Assembly (NCBI RefSeq): GCF_001194135.2 | Contig: NC_068999.1 | Coordinates: 53,516,122-53,580,121, forward strand | Origin: Octopus bimaculoides | Taxonomy: Eukaryota | DNA: 64,000 bases | Direction: 5' to 3' | Part shown: one piece after another, positions 23,866 through 38,019 of the stretch | Layout of the letters: each line of letters opens with the position of its first letter | Position numbering within the stretch: position 1 is the first letter of the stretch | The notes under the pieces: generated by a model | What the model was told of the DNA's origin: nothing | The model's database searches: none | The model's input: only the letters and a program-made list of their open reading frames with translations | Program-made: the position numbers and the translations under genes

Positions 23866-24096
23866 CAGTAGTTCTCAACTGGGTTCCATATAAGATTTTG
23901 TTAAAATTTGTGCAATAAATTGGTTACACTTCTATAGTACATAAAATATTTCAAAAAATGTTTTTATCTGATTCCTAATAATATTCAATTATAAAAATAT
24001 AATAGGACTTTTTAAGCATCAATTGATTATAAGGGTCCACCTGAGAAGAATAGGAACCAAAGGGGTCCACAGGTGAAAAATGGTTGAGAACCATTG
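23866..24096. mobile_element. hAT/Charlie-like MITE
   Basis: Termini cagtagttctcaac and gttgagaaccattg; no target-site duplication recognisable. Confidence 0.65.
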
Positions 24097-26290
24097 CCCT
24101 ACACAAAGCCTAGAAGAAACCCATACTGAAGTACTGTTCACATCCTCATCATTTAGATTCACTTTTCCATGCTTGTATGAGTCGGACAGAACTTGTTGAG
24201 GTAGATTTTCTACAGCTGGATGGCTCCCTATCACCAACACTCACCTGTTTGTAAGCAAAGAAATATTTCCCATGGTTAGATGTGAGTTTCTTAACCACAC
24301 AGTTACACCAGTGCCAATTATAACTGCCCCCTCACCACCACCACCACATACAAAGGCTTTCTTCACTGCATCCAAAGACAAGCCACTCGACTAATTAGCA
24401 TAAAGTTATTCACAAACATATTTCAGACTCTAACAAAAGGATGTACTGTCCCTTCTTTCTACATCTTCAACAGTGGCTTCTGTTCTTTAGGGCTGTTTGA
24501 TTTCACAGCTTACTACTTACCTTTCTTACTGCATATTCTGACTCCAACTTTAAGCTCTGCACAAACTATACACCCAGCTCTTCATCCACAGAATGTTATC
24601 CAACTAGATTCCCTATTTTGCATATTTTCTGAGCACATCAATGTGCGACTGCTCAAAAACAAATCTTAACAGCGTCAAGATCATCAACCATGGATTTTAG
24701 ATGGCCTTTAAAAGCCATATACACAGTCCTTTCATCCACAAACCTAAAGCAATTTTGTAACAGTTTGTTAAAATAGAAACATAAAAGAGAAGCAAATATA
24801 TGTATGCATATGTATGTGTGCTCATGCATACTTGTGTGTATGCGTATACACACAAACGCACATATGTTTTACAAAACTCTATAAAACTACTTTATTTACA
24901 AGGCACAAAAGACTAACATTTACTAAACTTAACTCTTAAAGAACAATACCACAATTAACTGCAACTATCACTGGGTCCTGAATGAAAAACTGTTTTGAGA
25001 GAGATCTGTCCAAAAAGAAACCGAACCTTTAAAACAGCATGCCCAACACATCACACCACACTAGTCAGACATCAATCAACCAACACAGGCTAGAATGAAA
25101 GTATGCCCTAGATCCTGTCACAAGTCAACTAATGAAGAATTTAAAAGAGAAACATGTCTATACAAAATTCTAATTTCAAATTGGGGAAAACTAGCTCTGA
25201 GACTTTTCTGAAGTTGCAATAGGCCTAAAGGGGAAGACTGTTTGTGCCCTACACTACAATGCCATGAGTGGGAGCAGGACTCCAAATCAGACGATCCACC
25301 AAAGAAGATCCTAAAAAGCCGAATAAGGTCACCTCCTGACTGGTCCTGAAGATACTAGAGAAGTAGGCATCCATAAAAATTAGTCTACTCCCACATGACT
25401 TTAAAAGTAAACTTGAAAACACAGGGTGCAGCTGCAAAATTTGACCCCTTCCCTCACCTCAAAAAAAAAAAAATGCCACTTAACGGTTGTTTGAAAATTT
25501 TCTGAAAAGTGTTACATGGGAGTATGGCTATGAAGTTGAAAGAAAAACAGTTTGTCACATTAGTGTGAATCATTGTTGGGACCACAGAAAGCATGTTGGG
25601 GTCACTCAGTTATGAAGCTGGCACTGATCTGATCATTTTGATTGGAAAGCTACTGTTCAATAATGTATCAACAGTTGATGATATACCATTCAAAAGAGAC
25701 AAATCTAATTAAATAGTAGAGCAATGACTTCATTTTTAGAAAGCTTGGTTTCCTTTTGGATACACTTTGTATACACACATGTATGTGTCTATACATGTAC
25801 AAACATACATAGATATTAATATATGTGTGATTTTGTTTGTGAGTGTGTGTTGCTAGAAAGGGTTGGGGTCGATCCCTTCAAGAGTTTAACTGTAGTCCAC
25901 GATAGATTTTCTTTCATGGTTTCTTTCATTGTATAGTGGCCAAGCTGGGGCATAATCAATTATATTAATCCCAGAGCTTATTTTATCAATTAATATTATA
26001 TTTTACTGACCTCAGAAAGGGGGAAAAAATTAAAGTAAGCCTTAACAAGAACTGAAATAAGAATATATAAAGGGATGTAGCATAATGTCACAAGGTATTT
26101 TGTCTGATACACTACCAATTCTGCAATCCAGCTGATTGGATTTCAGGCAGTTATTGTTTGAAATAAAAGATCAAAAATACTTCTGGTCCTTTAGACATGT
26201 TTTACTAAAGAAAACATGTTTGGTGTATCATATACAGATACACACATACATCCAATAGATTATATTGTAATATAATAATATAATCTTACA

Positions 26291-26293
<3 letters not shown>

Positions 26294-26337
<44 letters not shown>
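26294..26337. repeat. (TA)n microsatellite
   Basis: Read directly from the sequence. Confidence 0.95.
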
Positions 26338-26338
<1 letters not shown>

Positions 26339-27117
26339 TCACATAATTCAATACTATAGCAATTGTCCAATGAAGTCACGTGACACTGAGAAACAGTTTG
26401 TGAAGATTTTGGGGCTTTCATAGTGTTCATGTGTGTGTGAGAGTTTGTATACACACACATATATATATGCATCAAAATACATGGTATATGTATATGCATA
26501 CACATGGGTATTCAGGCTAAATTTGATGATTTATTAGTGTCTACACACTGGAATTAATCCTCACACCTTTGACAAGGGTCTTAGGTTCAATTCAGATGGC
26601 TACATGAAGCTGCTGGAGACTGATGAATATCTGGCTGGAGAGGGTTTGTTGCTGCTGCTGGAAGGTCATATGTGTGGCAGCAATATTCGTCCCCTTGCTA
26701 TACTTCTGGAAAAAAGTTAGAAGTGGTTGTTGGAGAATTTCTGTGACTGTCTTACCTCCTCTAACATTTGGATACATATATTTGCTACTTTCCAGAGCTC
26801 ATATTGTTAACACGTCTCATTGTCCCCTCCCCCTTACTACATTCTATATTTCATTTCTCCTCCTGATTTCACTTCCCCATATCTTCTCTTTTTCTTTTTT
26901 ATTATTTACCTTTCTTTCTTTCCTTCTGGCCTCCTAATTTGCCTAACTGTAACCCCATGGATTATTATGTATGGTTGCAAAACGAGCCTCTTAACCACAC
27001 AGCCAAGCCTGCACCCATGTATATTTATACACATATATATCTTTCACTGAATACACAACTGTGTCCAAGGTTTTTATCTTTTTTTTTTTTATTTAGATTC
27101 CTTGAATTTTCTCCATT

Positions 27118-27119
<2 letters not shown>

Positions 27120-27187
<68 letters not shown>
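27120..27187. repeat. 68-nt T homopolymer
   Basis: Read directly from the sequence. Confidence 0.95.
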
Positions 27188-27190
<3 letters not shown>

Positions 27191-27528
27191 GCTGGTTTGA
27201 AACAAAGTTCCTAAGTTCATATTCAACTTTCCAAGAATTGAATGTATTTAGCATCAGTGTTTTTTATAAACTGGTTGAATTCATGTAGACTTTCTTGTCG
27301 AAGGTTTTTTTTTTTTTATGTAAGCTTCATACTTCAACAGTCACGTTGATTTGTTTGCCAGACAAATTCTGACCATTAAGATTTTATGTCAGTAGCCACA
27401 TGTTAATGATTTTGTGTGTAAGAATGAACGTAAGTATACATTTTATACACACACACACACACATATATATATGCATACACACACACACACACACATACAA
27501 ATATATATACATAAACACATACATTCAC

Positions 27529-27565
<37 letters not shown>

Positions 27566-28532
27566 TATTTGCACATCCTCATACAGGTACTTACACATAC
27601 ATACAAACAACTGTGTTCCTCACCCAACTCGTTACTGTCAAGCCTTATCATCTCCCTACATTCATCTTTCCATCATTGTTGCTGTAGTTAAATGAGAACA
27701 TATTTCATCCCTTTCTCTGCTAAAAGTGATCTCTCTATCCCTGGAATAATTTTCTTCTAGCATTCACCCCTCATTCTTAACTTCATTCCTCCCCTCTCAC
27801 ATTTTTCATTGATCACACCTCCTGTACTACCAGTCATCCCTTCCTACCTCCTTAACCAGATATTATGACACCCATACATAATAGCTACCACTGACACCAC
27901 AACCACCATCGTTTTTCCACCTACTACACTCATTCCTATGTACTTCTAACCACCTCCAGCTCTGTCACTATATGGTTCTTTTACTTTCCCTTCTCACTCT
28001 TACAAGCCTTACCCACCCTTTCCCGCCCATCATCACCATATTTCTCCTCTGGCGGTCTTCGTATGTGTCCAGCCAGTCTCATTCATCATGCAGCAGACTT
28101 ACTCTTGCTGCTTGGAGAATGGCTTCATATATCACTCTGTCTTGGGATCTTTCTGAGGCACCACTGATGGTGGGAGGCGATTCTGGCTGTCATCTTCCAG
28201 GTCATCAAATAAATCATCACCACCACCTTCATCTCTCTCTCTTTTCAGCTCTCCACTCCATCCACCCTTATATGAGGTAGCCCTGCATCTCTCTTCTCTC
28301 ATATTTTCAACTTCTCAACACCCAGTATAAAACCACTTTCCTCTTAAGTGAAAGGGCTCTTTCATCTAGCAAGTTACATGGCAACCTCAGCAGTGCCAAT
28401 GTCATGGGGGGAAAAAAGGCATCAAGTACACTCAGTAAAGTATTTAGTGTTAGAAAGGACGTTCAACCATAGTCATGACAAAGTAGTCACTGGAGCACAA
28501 CACAGTACATGCAAAAAAGATATTAAATGGTG

Positions 28533-28578
<46 letters not shown>
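28533..28578. repeat. (TG)n microsatellite
   Basis: Read directly from the sequence. Confidence 0.95.
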
Positions 28579-28580
<2 letters not shown>

Positions 28581-29099
28581 TATATATAATCTTCCTACAT
28601 ACAAATATATACACACATGTATGTACACACATACACACAAACATGCATACATTCATCCTCTGTTTTTGAAGAGGATCAAGATTCAAGGATGGGTTAGACG
28701 ACTGGTCTGGTGGTTCCAGTGCTGGTTTATGTGGCCTACCCTGGCCAGAAATCTTCATTCACAAGTAGAACATGTATCCAAAAGTACAGCATGCCTCTCA
28801 GCAGCAGTGCTCTTTTGCTTTCAGCTATCTTGGCTCCTTTGTCAATCAGAGCACACTAGTTTCAATTTAGGGCAAATACAACATTGAGCCCTTTGGAGGA
28901 TGCAATCAGTTGACCTACTTTTTCCTTTGTTTCCCAACAGCACACCTTCCTTGATAGTGTTCACTGTAAAGCAACTAGCATAGGATGCTACAGCCTGGCA
29001 GGCAACTGACATATGCAGCACAATTCACTAGAGATTTCAGCAGAGTCCTGCTAATGGATGGAAGCAGAGGATGCTGTTGAGACACTTCATATGAGAAAA

Positions 29100-29330
29100 G
29101 ACTGAGATGTCATGCATCTCTTCTCCTGACTGTTCAGAAGGTTGTAAAAACAACTGTGCAGCAGACCGTGAGTTTGGTGATGAGCTCTGATTCCTCTGCA
29201 CTCCCACACCTTATTCGATAGCCAAAAGGTAGTGCCAGCTTCAGAGATTCTGTTGGTGACCTCTTCATCAATACTAACTGCCCATGAGAGTGACCCACTG
29301 AGGAAAGTTAACCTATCAACCACCTGTAGT
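29100..29330 (-). mobile_element. RTE/BovB-like LINE fragment (post-RT region), decayed
   Basis: Translates as QVVDRLTFLSGSLSWAVSIDEEVTNRISEAGTTF..SNKVWECRGIR, resembling the BovB-type VVDKFTYLGSTLS..IDDEVNARIAKASAAFG..VW..GIR. Confidence 0.8.
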
Positions 29331-30173
29331 TTATTTTGAATTTACTTAGGTTTGATGCAGGTTGTTTCCAAGGGATGGTTGGTGCATGATCTCGGTGATC
29401 TTCATTATGAAGTCAAAGATATTACAGAGAATTTTTCCCTCTGTTCACTGACCAAATTGTACAAGCAAAACACTAAGTGATGCAATACTTTGGGCTTAGT
29501 AAAAAGGCACACATTGACATATACACAGATATACATTTTCAGTACAGAAATGTGTGTACACATACATCATTCATTAACGCATAAATATATACATTCAGTC
29601 ATACATACACATATACATACATATAGTTCATAGTAATAATTATAGACCTGAAAATTCCTGAAGATTATTTCAATCAAATGAATTGTAAGTAACAGAAAGC
29701 ATTAATTAAACTAATCACTTCATTAACTATTACTACAAAAGTTAGTACTCATTAAGAAGGTCCTACAGAGTTATTCTGGTTAAAATGTTAAGAAATCTAT
29801 TTATAAAAATAAATTTAATCACATTCATTCAACTACATTCAGAACTAATAAGATGGCAGGGAAAAGGAGTAAAAGAAATTAATTAAATAAAAATAATATA
29901 TATAAAACAATAAGAGGCAAACAATGTTAATGTAGTTTAATAAAGAATAGTTGTGACATGTGAGAAAGAGTGGGGCAGGAGTCAGTGAACACTAAGATTT
30001 ATACTGAAAACTAGTAAGGATGTAGAGAGAGGTACAGATAGAGTCTGTGTCAGTTTTAGATCAAAAGCTGAATGAAAAAGGAAATCTGGCAGAGAAAAAC
30101 TGCACGCTGTGAAGAAGAAGGGTTAACTGCTTCCAGTAAAAGCCACAGGCATCCACTAGAAGCAGAAACTGAC

Positions 30174-30231
30174 CTTGGTTTTTTTGAGGGCATCCTTCTG
30201 CTTTCCGATAGCCAAGAAACTGCTTAGGCAT
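30174..30231 (-). CDS. SAP130: Candidate SAP130 start-codon exon (MPKQFLGYRKAEGCPQKNQ/G); whole exon 30174-30307
   Basis: Strong acceptor (tttttgtttcctcgtttcgctgtttatag|) and donor aag|gtcagt. An in-frame upstream TAG precedes the ATG, and the phase-1 end fits the 21587 acceptor. There is no homology support. Confidence 0.4.
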
Positions 30232-32709
30232 TACCAAAAAAGGTCGTGACTTGTTTTTCGTGTGGAGACGGCTTGTGGGCGTATTAGGGAACTACTGAAT
30301 GTATGGCCTATAAACAGCGAAACGAGGAAACAAAAAAGCTTAGAAGATGAATCTATGAAAGGAACGGAGGCAGTTCAACGCGACCAACATCACAGGTTAA
30401 ATTGTCAAGAATACAGGTGTGCAAAACAGGAGACATGCACTTTGCTCAAACTGGTGGCTGGTCCCCCATGTAGGTGGACTATCAAATGATGCAGTGTGAA
30501 TGGAGCTTGAGAAATATCATGTACATTCAAAATGAGAGAATACAAAACAGAGTGAGGCAAAGGGTAGCACGAGTTAAATTAGGTTTTATACTCACATCCA
30601 ATGAAACAAAGCTCAGACCCTAAGCCAGCTCTAACCAGGCAACAGCAATACATATATACAAATAAACTATTCTTCTCATCAGATAGGAGACACGTTTACT
30701 GGTCATCATTTACAAATATATTCAAATGCTCATGCCTATAGCTTAATATTTAATTCCTTTCTTTTCTTTTTTAAGTGTTACAGCTTTAATAGAGCTCCCT
30801 TCTTGTTAATAAATTAATTACAGAAGGTAACTTATGTAGGCAAAAACTTCTGTAACTCATGAGAGGTTAATGTGCTTTCCTAAAGTCACTATGTTAAAAG
30901 ACAATCTTCTGTAGAAAAAATATTGTAGAAGTGAAAGACCAGCAATTAAATAAGAGTAACATCTGAACCTCCTTTATTCCCACCCCTATAAAAATAATAA
31001 CAGTAATAATAGTTTCAATATTACCTTAAATATGTCTACAAATATTAAAATACAATAAACCAGGGGTGTAAAATATATATATATAAATAAACCAGACAGA
31101 AATAACAAACTGGAGTGAGAGAAATTTAACAATTAACAATCAAACTTATTTGTTTAGGTAAATCTGAAATATGAACTGAAGCGTTAACTGAGATGATATG
31201 ATCACATTAATTGATGAACTCCACCCTGAAGATGAAAATAATATTAAAGGGGATAAGAAAAAAAAAATAACATCAAGGGGAGAAGAGAAATTAAAAAAAA
31301 AAAATACGAAAAATAAAACATGGAGAAAATCACTAGACAAAAAATTCACGAGAAAAAAAAAAAAAAGTTTCATTTCAAACAAAGTTATCAAATATTTTCA
31401 TAAAATATTTTGTGCTGAACCTGATGAGAAAAAAAAAAAAAAATTATTGATCACTAAATAAATTAGTCAATATAAAATCTTATTGTTTCGAAATGGTAGT
31501 NNNNNNNNNNNNNNNNNNNNNNNNNNNNNNNNNNNNNNNNNNNNNNNNNNNNNNNNNNNNNNNNNNNNNNNNNNNNNNNNNNNNNNNNNNNNNNNNNNNN
31601 NNNNNNNNNNNNNNNNNNNNNNNNNNNNNNNNNNNNNNNNNNNNNNNNNNNNNNNNNNNNNNNNNNNNNNNNNNNNNNNNNNNNNNNNNNNNNNNNNNNN
31701 NNNNNNNNNNNNNNNNNNNNNNNNNNNNNNNNNNNNNNNNNNNNNNNNNNNNNNNNNNNNNNNNNNNNNNNNNNNNNNNNNNNNNNNNNNNNNNNNNNNN
31801 NNNNNNNNNNNNNNNNNNNNNNNNNNNNNNNNNNNNNNNNNNNNNNNNNNNNNNNNNNNNNNNNNNNNNNNACTTTTTTTAAAGTTTGGTACTTATTCTG
31901 TTTGCTTCTTTTATCAAACTTACTAGGACATAAACAAAACAGTACTGGTTGTCAAGTTGGAGGGGGGGGGGCGAACCCAAACACAAAGACACAACCAATG
32001 GGCTTCCACAGTTTTCATCTACCAAATTCTCTCACAGGACACTGGTTAGCTTGCCCAAGGTGCCATGCAATGGGACTGAACTCAAAATCACATTACTGCA
32101 AAACAAGTTTCTTAACCACACAGCTATGCCTGCACTTAATGTAAACTGCCAAGATCATCCAGTTGATCAAACTAGAATTCTCATCATATAAAACTAACCT
32201 GTGTGTGTACAAGCATGTTTATATGCATGAAACTACTCCTTATGCATTTGTATGATCTCTCCTGCCTGGCAAACAATCTCTGGTTCATTTCTTTCAATAA
32301 ACCTGTAAATTACTAGGGCATAATCTGTCAAATCTTCCACAACAACTTGCTTCACATTCCACCAATGTCTTCAAACCATCCCATTTTCCATACCATCTCC
32401 ATTCTCGCCCGTAGCCCATACCTACTTAGTATAAACTGTACACAAAACCACAAAGTATATTCAGTCTGTGTTCTACTGCAAGTCGTTAGAAACATAACTA
32501 GGCAGAAGTTATAATGATACAGCAAAACCAGTCTAACAGAAATTGTGCTTGCTTGTAGTTTTGAATTTTGTATCATACTTAACGTATACTCAACAGTAAA
32601 GACACACAATTTCATGGCATAAAAGACAGGCATATTTGATGCTTCCCAATTTCAGTAATGCATATTTCAGAAAGAAAGTTTTTAGTGCAGTGAAGCATAT
32701 AATATCTAA

Positions 32710-32931
32710 TCCTTTAATATTCAAACTGGCCATACCTGGCCCATATATTCTACCAGTTTTGTATTCTATCTGGTTAGATCCAGTCTCTTATATCTACCCT
32801 AAAATGTCACTCTAAAAAGTAAACAATCACATTATTGAAATCTCAAAAGCTCCAACATAATTTATGATTAATTCAAAACAATATGAATAAATAAGCATTA
32901 CATTTGACAGAGTAATTTGAATGCTAAAGGG
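32710..32931. mobile_element. piggyBac-like MITE
   Basis: ctaa|tcctttaatattc...gaatgctaaaggg|ttaa. Confidence 0.75.
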
Positions 32932-33430
32932 TTAAAGCAAATTTGTATATAGGACCTGGGGTAAGTTTTTGAGACATTTCCCTTGGGGGAAAAAAAGTGC
33001 GTTTTATATAACATTAAATATGGTACATTCTAGAAACAAATTAAACAAAAAAAAATTACAAAAATACAACAAAGAAATATTAAACAATATTCATCAAGGA
33101 CATTACAAAAAAGAAAAATTAAAATTATAAATTTACACACAATCAAACCTGTATAGTATTACAAACATTGTGTATCAAACAAGAGACTATGCATTTCACA
33201 AGAACCAAAAATGATGATTTTTAGAGCTTTTATGATATTCTTACAAAGTTCTTCAGACTCTATAACCTTATTCATGGTGTCTGTGTTGGGTCTTAAATAG
33301 CCATATGACTTTTGCAGTATAATTACTTACTCAATACATAACTTTTAAAATAGACCCTAGAACAAGTATAATGGTAAGCATTCTTCTCTTATCTTCATCT
33401 AACTACTGTCATTACTGAGGGTTCTTTTAA

Positions 33431-33645
33431 TCCTTTAACATTTGAATTGGCCAAATCTGGCCCAGACCAGTCACCAGACTTTGGTGCCTAGGGATGCTTC
33501 AGAATATTCTTTGTTATTATTAAACTGGTGTATGGAACATAAGTTAACAAGAAATTCTGATGGAAGGTTTTAACTTAGATCACTTCAAAACAAAAAGTCT
33601 ATCATAGAATGAGGGGTGGTCTCAGACAGGTTAGTATTAAAAGGG
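33431..33645. mobile_element. piggyBac-like MITE with a different internal sequence (subfamily)
   Basis: ttaa|tcctttaacatt...tattaaaaggg|ttaa. Confidence 0.65.
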
Positions 33646-35839
33646 TTAAAGGGGGTGGGATTCACACACAACTTAATGACAAGGCTGTGTAGTTAAATTC
33701 ATTTTGCAGCCATATGGTTTCGGGTTCAGTCCCACTTGAGTGGCACCTTGGGCAAGTATCTACTATTGCAACTGGTTGACCAATGCAGTTTGAGTGAATT
33801 TAGTAAATAGAAACTGTGTGGAAGCTTGTGTGTGTATGCATACGCACACTGCCAACCACTTGATAGTGTTGGTTTGTTTATATTCCTGAATGTAGCAGTT
33901 CAGTAAGAAATCAACAGAATATGTACCAGGCTTCAAATACGGAGTAGATAGTTAATAATGACCGAAATTAGTGAAGAAAATAAATCTATCATGGAATTTT
34001 TATTTGGAAACTACTCTAAGTAGAGGTAAAATCTGAAATAAAAAGTTATTTAAATTTTGTATAAAATCACAATAGAAAATGAGTCATTAGCCATCATTAT
34101 GCTAAATAACTTACTAAATCAACATCAATGTTGTTGCAAGATAGGTGCAGCAAGTCACATTTGGTATATAGTCAACCACTAGCTTGTTTACATGCATGAT
34201 CAAGCTTCATTTTCCTCCTGGATAGTTTTATTTTATGTGAAGAAAATGCTGTTGACATGTTTGGTTACTTCTAATAACTATGGGAAGCAGTTTTAAAAGA
34301 GAGAGGATTGTAATTAATTTTCTCAGTCACTACTGGTAACTGGACCACCGCTTGTGCTTATAAGACTGATTTTTGGGGAACAGTTTTTTTTCTTGGAAGG
34401 GTGCCTTATAAGGTGTCACATGTAGTAGTTTAGTACTCTACCTAGCATTGTTTCCAGGTCATTTGACAAAGGACACAGTGACCAGTGTAATGAGCCAACA
34501 AGAATATCTACATCAGTCATGGGCAATCTACGGCCTATAGGACTTTCCAAATGACATAACTGACAAAGAAATTACCTTGAATATTTTTGGTAGTGCTGGC
34601 TGCCTGATAATGATGAAACATGTCTCATACAGCTTGCTTCTAGTAAAAGTCTGTCTGCGCCTGCTTTACATGATCAGTTCACTTGCTAGAAATAGCAGCC
34701 AAATTTCCTTCAGATCACACCTTTCTATCTAAGAAGAGGACATAATGGGACATGCAGCCTTGGGCAAACTACTGTCACAGGGCTAGAATGCCTTTGATTA
34801 TAAATCCTCTCATTCAGAGATGATATGGGGTTTAACTAGTGAGTGAGGTTGGTGGAAATTGAAGTTAGATTGTCACTGTTTTAGGATAACAGTTTGAAAA
34901 GAGAGAGATCCAGAATTACGCAGGTCAGGAGTACAGAGGGTCGAAGCTGATGCAAATATTTGTCCTGTTTCATACAAAAACACGCACTTATGGCTATTGC
35001 TGTTTATCTATAGTTTAACCCCTGATCCAGCAGACTTATGACCCCAAGGTATTTTACTCTTTAGCATTCAATTTCTGTCAAATGAAATGCTTATTTATTT
35101 ACAATTTGAATTAGTTGTGAATTACCTTATAGCTTAAAGGTTTCAATATTTATTTTTAGAATAATATTGTCGGGTATGTGTGAGAGACCTGATATGGCCA
35201 ATTTAAATGTTAAAGTGTTGACAGATTGAGCCCTACAATCAAAATATTCTAAAATAGAGCTGATTATCTGAAACAATATACATGAAAACTAGAATATTGA
35301 CCAAATAATGTTGTCTTCATATAGTCTACATGGAGTCATTACTGATGATCATAGTTCTATAGAATTGGTATCTCAATCTCTCACACATCAACTTTTAGTG
35401 GTTTTGAACTCAGAAATGCAAAGCAAGGCAATGAACCAGACACCAAAGCACATATAGCACCCTCCACTGCCATCTGCCTAACTATTTCAAAGGAAATTTT
35501 AAATGGTCACTCAACTCACTACAAATTGCAGTAAATCACACCCAATTAATCTTGAAATAACAGATCCACACACCTTGAATAATAGATCCACAGATTCATA
35601 CAGGCCAGGTTTGCTTTCAGAAGACTACCCCCATTGTATCTGAAGACAAAAACAAAAATTTAAAACATCACGCCTAACTCATGGCATATGTTTTCACTTT
35701 ATAGTCTCCATGCAAAAAGAGGGACAATGCATTATTGAGACATCAAAAAACTTGAGCACTTTCACCAGCTGAACAGTCAAACCATGATAAATATAAAACT
35801 TAAAGCATGTCGCCAATATTGCATATTCACAGCCCTTAA

Positions 35840-36030
35840 GAAAGCTAAACCCAACATCATCATCATCATCAGAGCCACCATCATAAAATATTGGTTAAGA
35901 TGGACAAGACAAGAATTCCTCATGAATGATACCAGATTTCCTTGCCAGATACTTTATGATGAGTTCACCACTGGCAGAAACAAGGATATCCTCCATGACA
36001 CTACAAAGACCAACTCAAAGAGGCTATAAA
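35840..36030 (+). mobile_element. RTE LINE C-terminal fragment, decayed
   Basis: Reads KYWLRWTRQEFLMNDTRFPCQILYDEFTTGR, resembling LRWAGHVxRMxDxRxPKQILYGELxxG. Confidence 0.7.
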
Positions 36031-36044
36031 GAAAACTAGCATAA

Positions 36045-36271
36045 CTCTTTAGCATTTAGAGTGGCCATATCCAGCCTCAAACATTCTATCCATTTTATGT
36101 TCAAACTGGCCAAATTAGGCCTCTTACACCTACCCTACAATGTCATGTCATTCTAAAAATAAAACAATCACATTATCAAAATCTAGAAGCTATGAGATAT
36201 TGCACAATTGATTCAAAGCAATGTGAATGAATAAGCAAAACATTTGAGGGAAAAATCTGAATGCTAAAGGG
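36045..36271. mobile_element. piggyBac-like MITE
   Basis: ataa|ctctttagcattt...gaatgctaaaggg|ataa. A further decayed reverse copy lies at about 35056-35219. Confidence 0.75.
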
Positions 36272-36357
36272 ATAAATCAGACAACCTAGGAAGAACAATG
36301 AATCAGAAACTTCAGCATCAAATTATCGATTTGGAAAAAGATGCCAAAGAAATGAAG

Positions 36358-36735
36358 AGGCACAGTTGTGGATGTGTGGTAAGACACTTGCTTCTTAACC
36401 ACATGGTCCCAGGATCAGTCCCACTGCATGGCTTCTTGGGTCGGTGTCTTCTATAGCCTCAGGCCAAATAAAGTCTTGTGAATGGATTTGGTAGGCAGAA
36501 ACTAAAAGAATCCTGTCATATATGTGTGTGTGTGTGTCCCTACCACTGCTTGACAACCAGTATTGGTATGTTTACATTCCTTGTAACTTAGCAGTTTGGC
36601 AAAATATACCAACAGAATAAGTATCAGGTTTAGAAAAAAAAAAGTACTGTGGTCAATTCATTTCAGTAAAAATTCTTCAAAGTGGTGAGCCAGCATGGCC
36701 ACAGTCTTATAATTGAAACAAGTAAAACAAAAAAA
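36358..36735 (+). mobile_element. Family A SINE, full length
   Basis: Head, core, short (TG)n and tail all align by eye to the other copies. Confidence 0.85.
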
Positions 36736-38019
36736 AGGACAAATTTGTGTGGCCACATGTTTCATGTAAGGCTCTGACTTCTTAGTTGTTGGAGATACTG
36801 ACATAACAAATAGGACAAGAAAAGAACAAACAAGGAACAGACACCTATGATGGATAGGCACAGGCATAGCTGTGTGGTTAAAAAGCTTGCTTCTTAATAG
36901 AGTGATCTCAGATTTAATCCCACTGCATGACACCTTGGGGTAAACCTCTACTATAGCCCCAGGCTGACAAAAGACTTGTGAGAGAATTTGGTGGACAAAG
37001 CTTGAAGAGAGCCTGCCATGTATGTCTGTGGGTGCATGTGGCTTGATATCATGTGATGGTTGAAAATGAGCAGAACTGTTATACAACATCCACCAGGAAT
37101 AGAGAATCACCAACAAATGGTGGATGCAGTGACATGCTGTTACAGTGAATAACCCCATACTACTACTACAACTACTACTGTCATACAAGCAATGTTGCTC
37201 ATTTCTAGTCTTCCATGAAAAACATATCTAGTCATGGGGAAATATTAGCTTGCCATAAAACAGATGAGGGGGTTGGCAACAGGAATGGCATTAGGCCATA
37301 AAACAGATTCTGCCTGACCCATGCAAGCATGGAAAAACGGATGTTAACTGATGATGATAGTCAAATATAACATTTTATACAAAACCTGTAATTTAGTGCA
37401 AATTTAAGACTATATATAAGCTGCTTTTTTTTTTAATCTTTTGGGAGGGTGGTCCCCCCATTAAAACAAGGACACATTCCTTATATCTTCTCTCATAACG
37501 CACCAGTTTGTACAAGTGATTCTTGACCTCACCACAAAGTAATCACCAGAGCTGTCTCAAACCATATTATCTTTGCAGAAAGTGACAATTCAATCAAGGA
37601 AACAATTGCTAAGAAGATGTGACATTCATAGGTAGAGTACCTTTAATCACATATCTACATGAAGCACACACACACCAGTGCCACCTTGAAAGCACCTGCA
37701 CCCATGCCAGTGTCACGTAAAAAGCACCTGTGCCAGTCCAGTGCCGTGTAAAAAGCTCCCTGTACACTTATGTATGTGTGCATATATATATATACACACG
37801 CATACATACAGAAGTGATAGATAGCTCTATTACCTAGGCGACCTAATTAGCAGTGTGTATTCCAAAAACATAGTATAGCCAAGGTAAAAATGGGTCGAAA
37901 AAAATTTAAGGAGTTAATTACCACTGCTGGCAACAAAAGACTTTCTGAATACAAGGTAAGTAGTATAACACTTGAGTATGAAGTGCAAAGGCTGGAAAGA
38001 AATGAGGCTACAATATTCT

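Noticed and set aside
27972-28280. 102-aa + strand ORF
   Set aside because: It has low-complexity composition, and the opposite strand looks like a decayed RTE C-terminus (RLAGHIRRPPEE).
36658-37188. 176-aa minus-strand ORF
   Set aside because: It is an antisense read-through of adjacent SINE and RTE-tail repeats.
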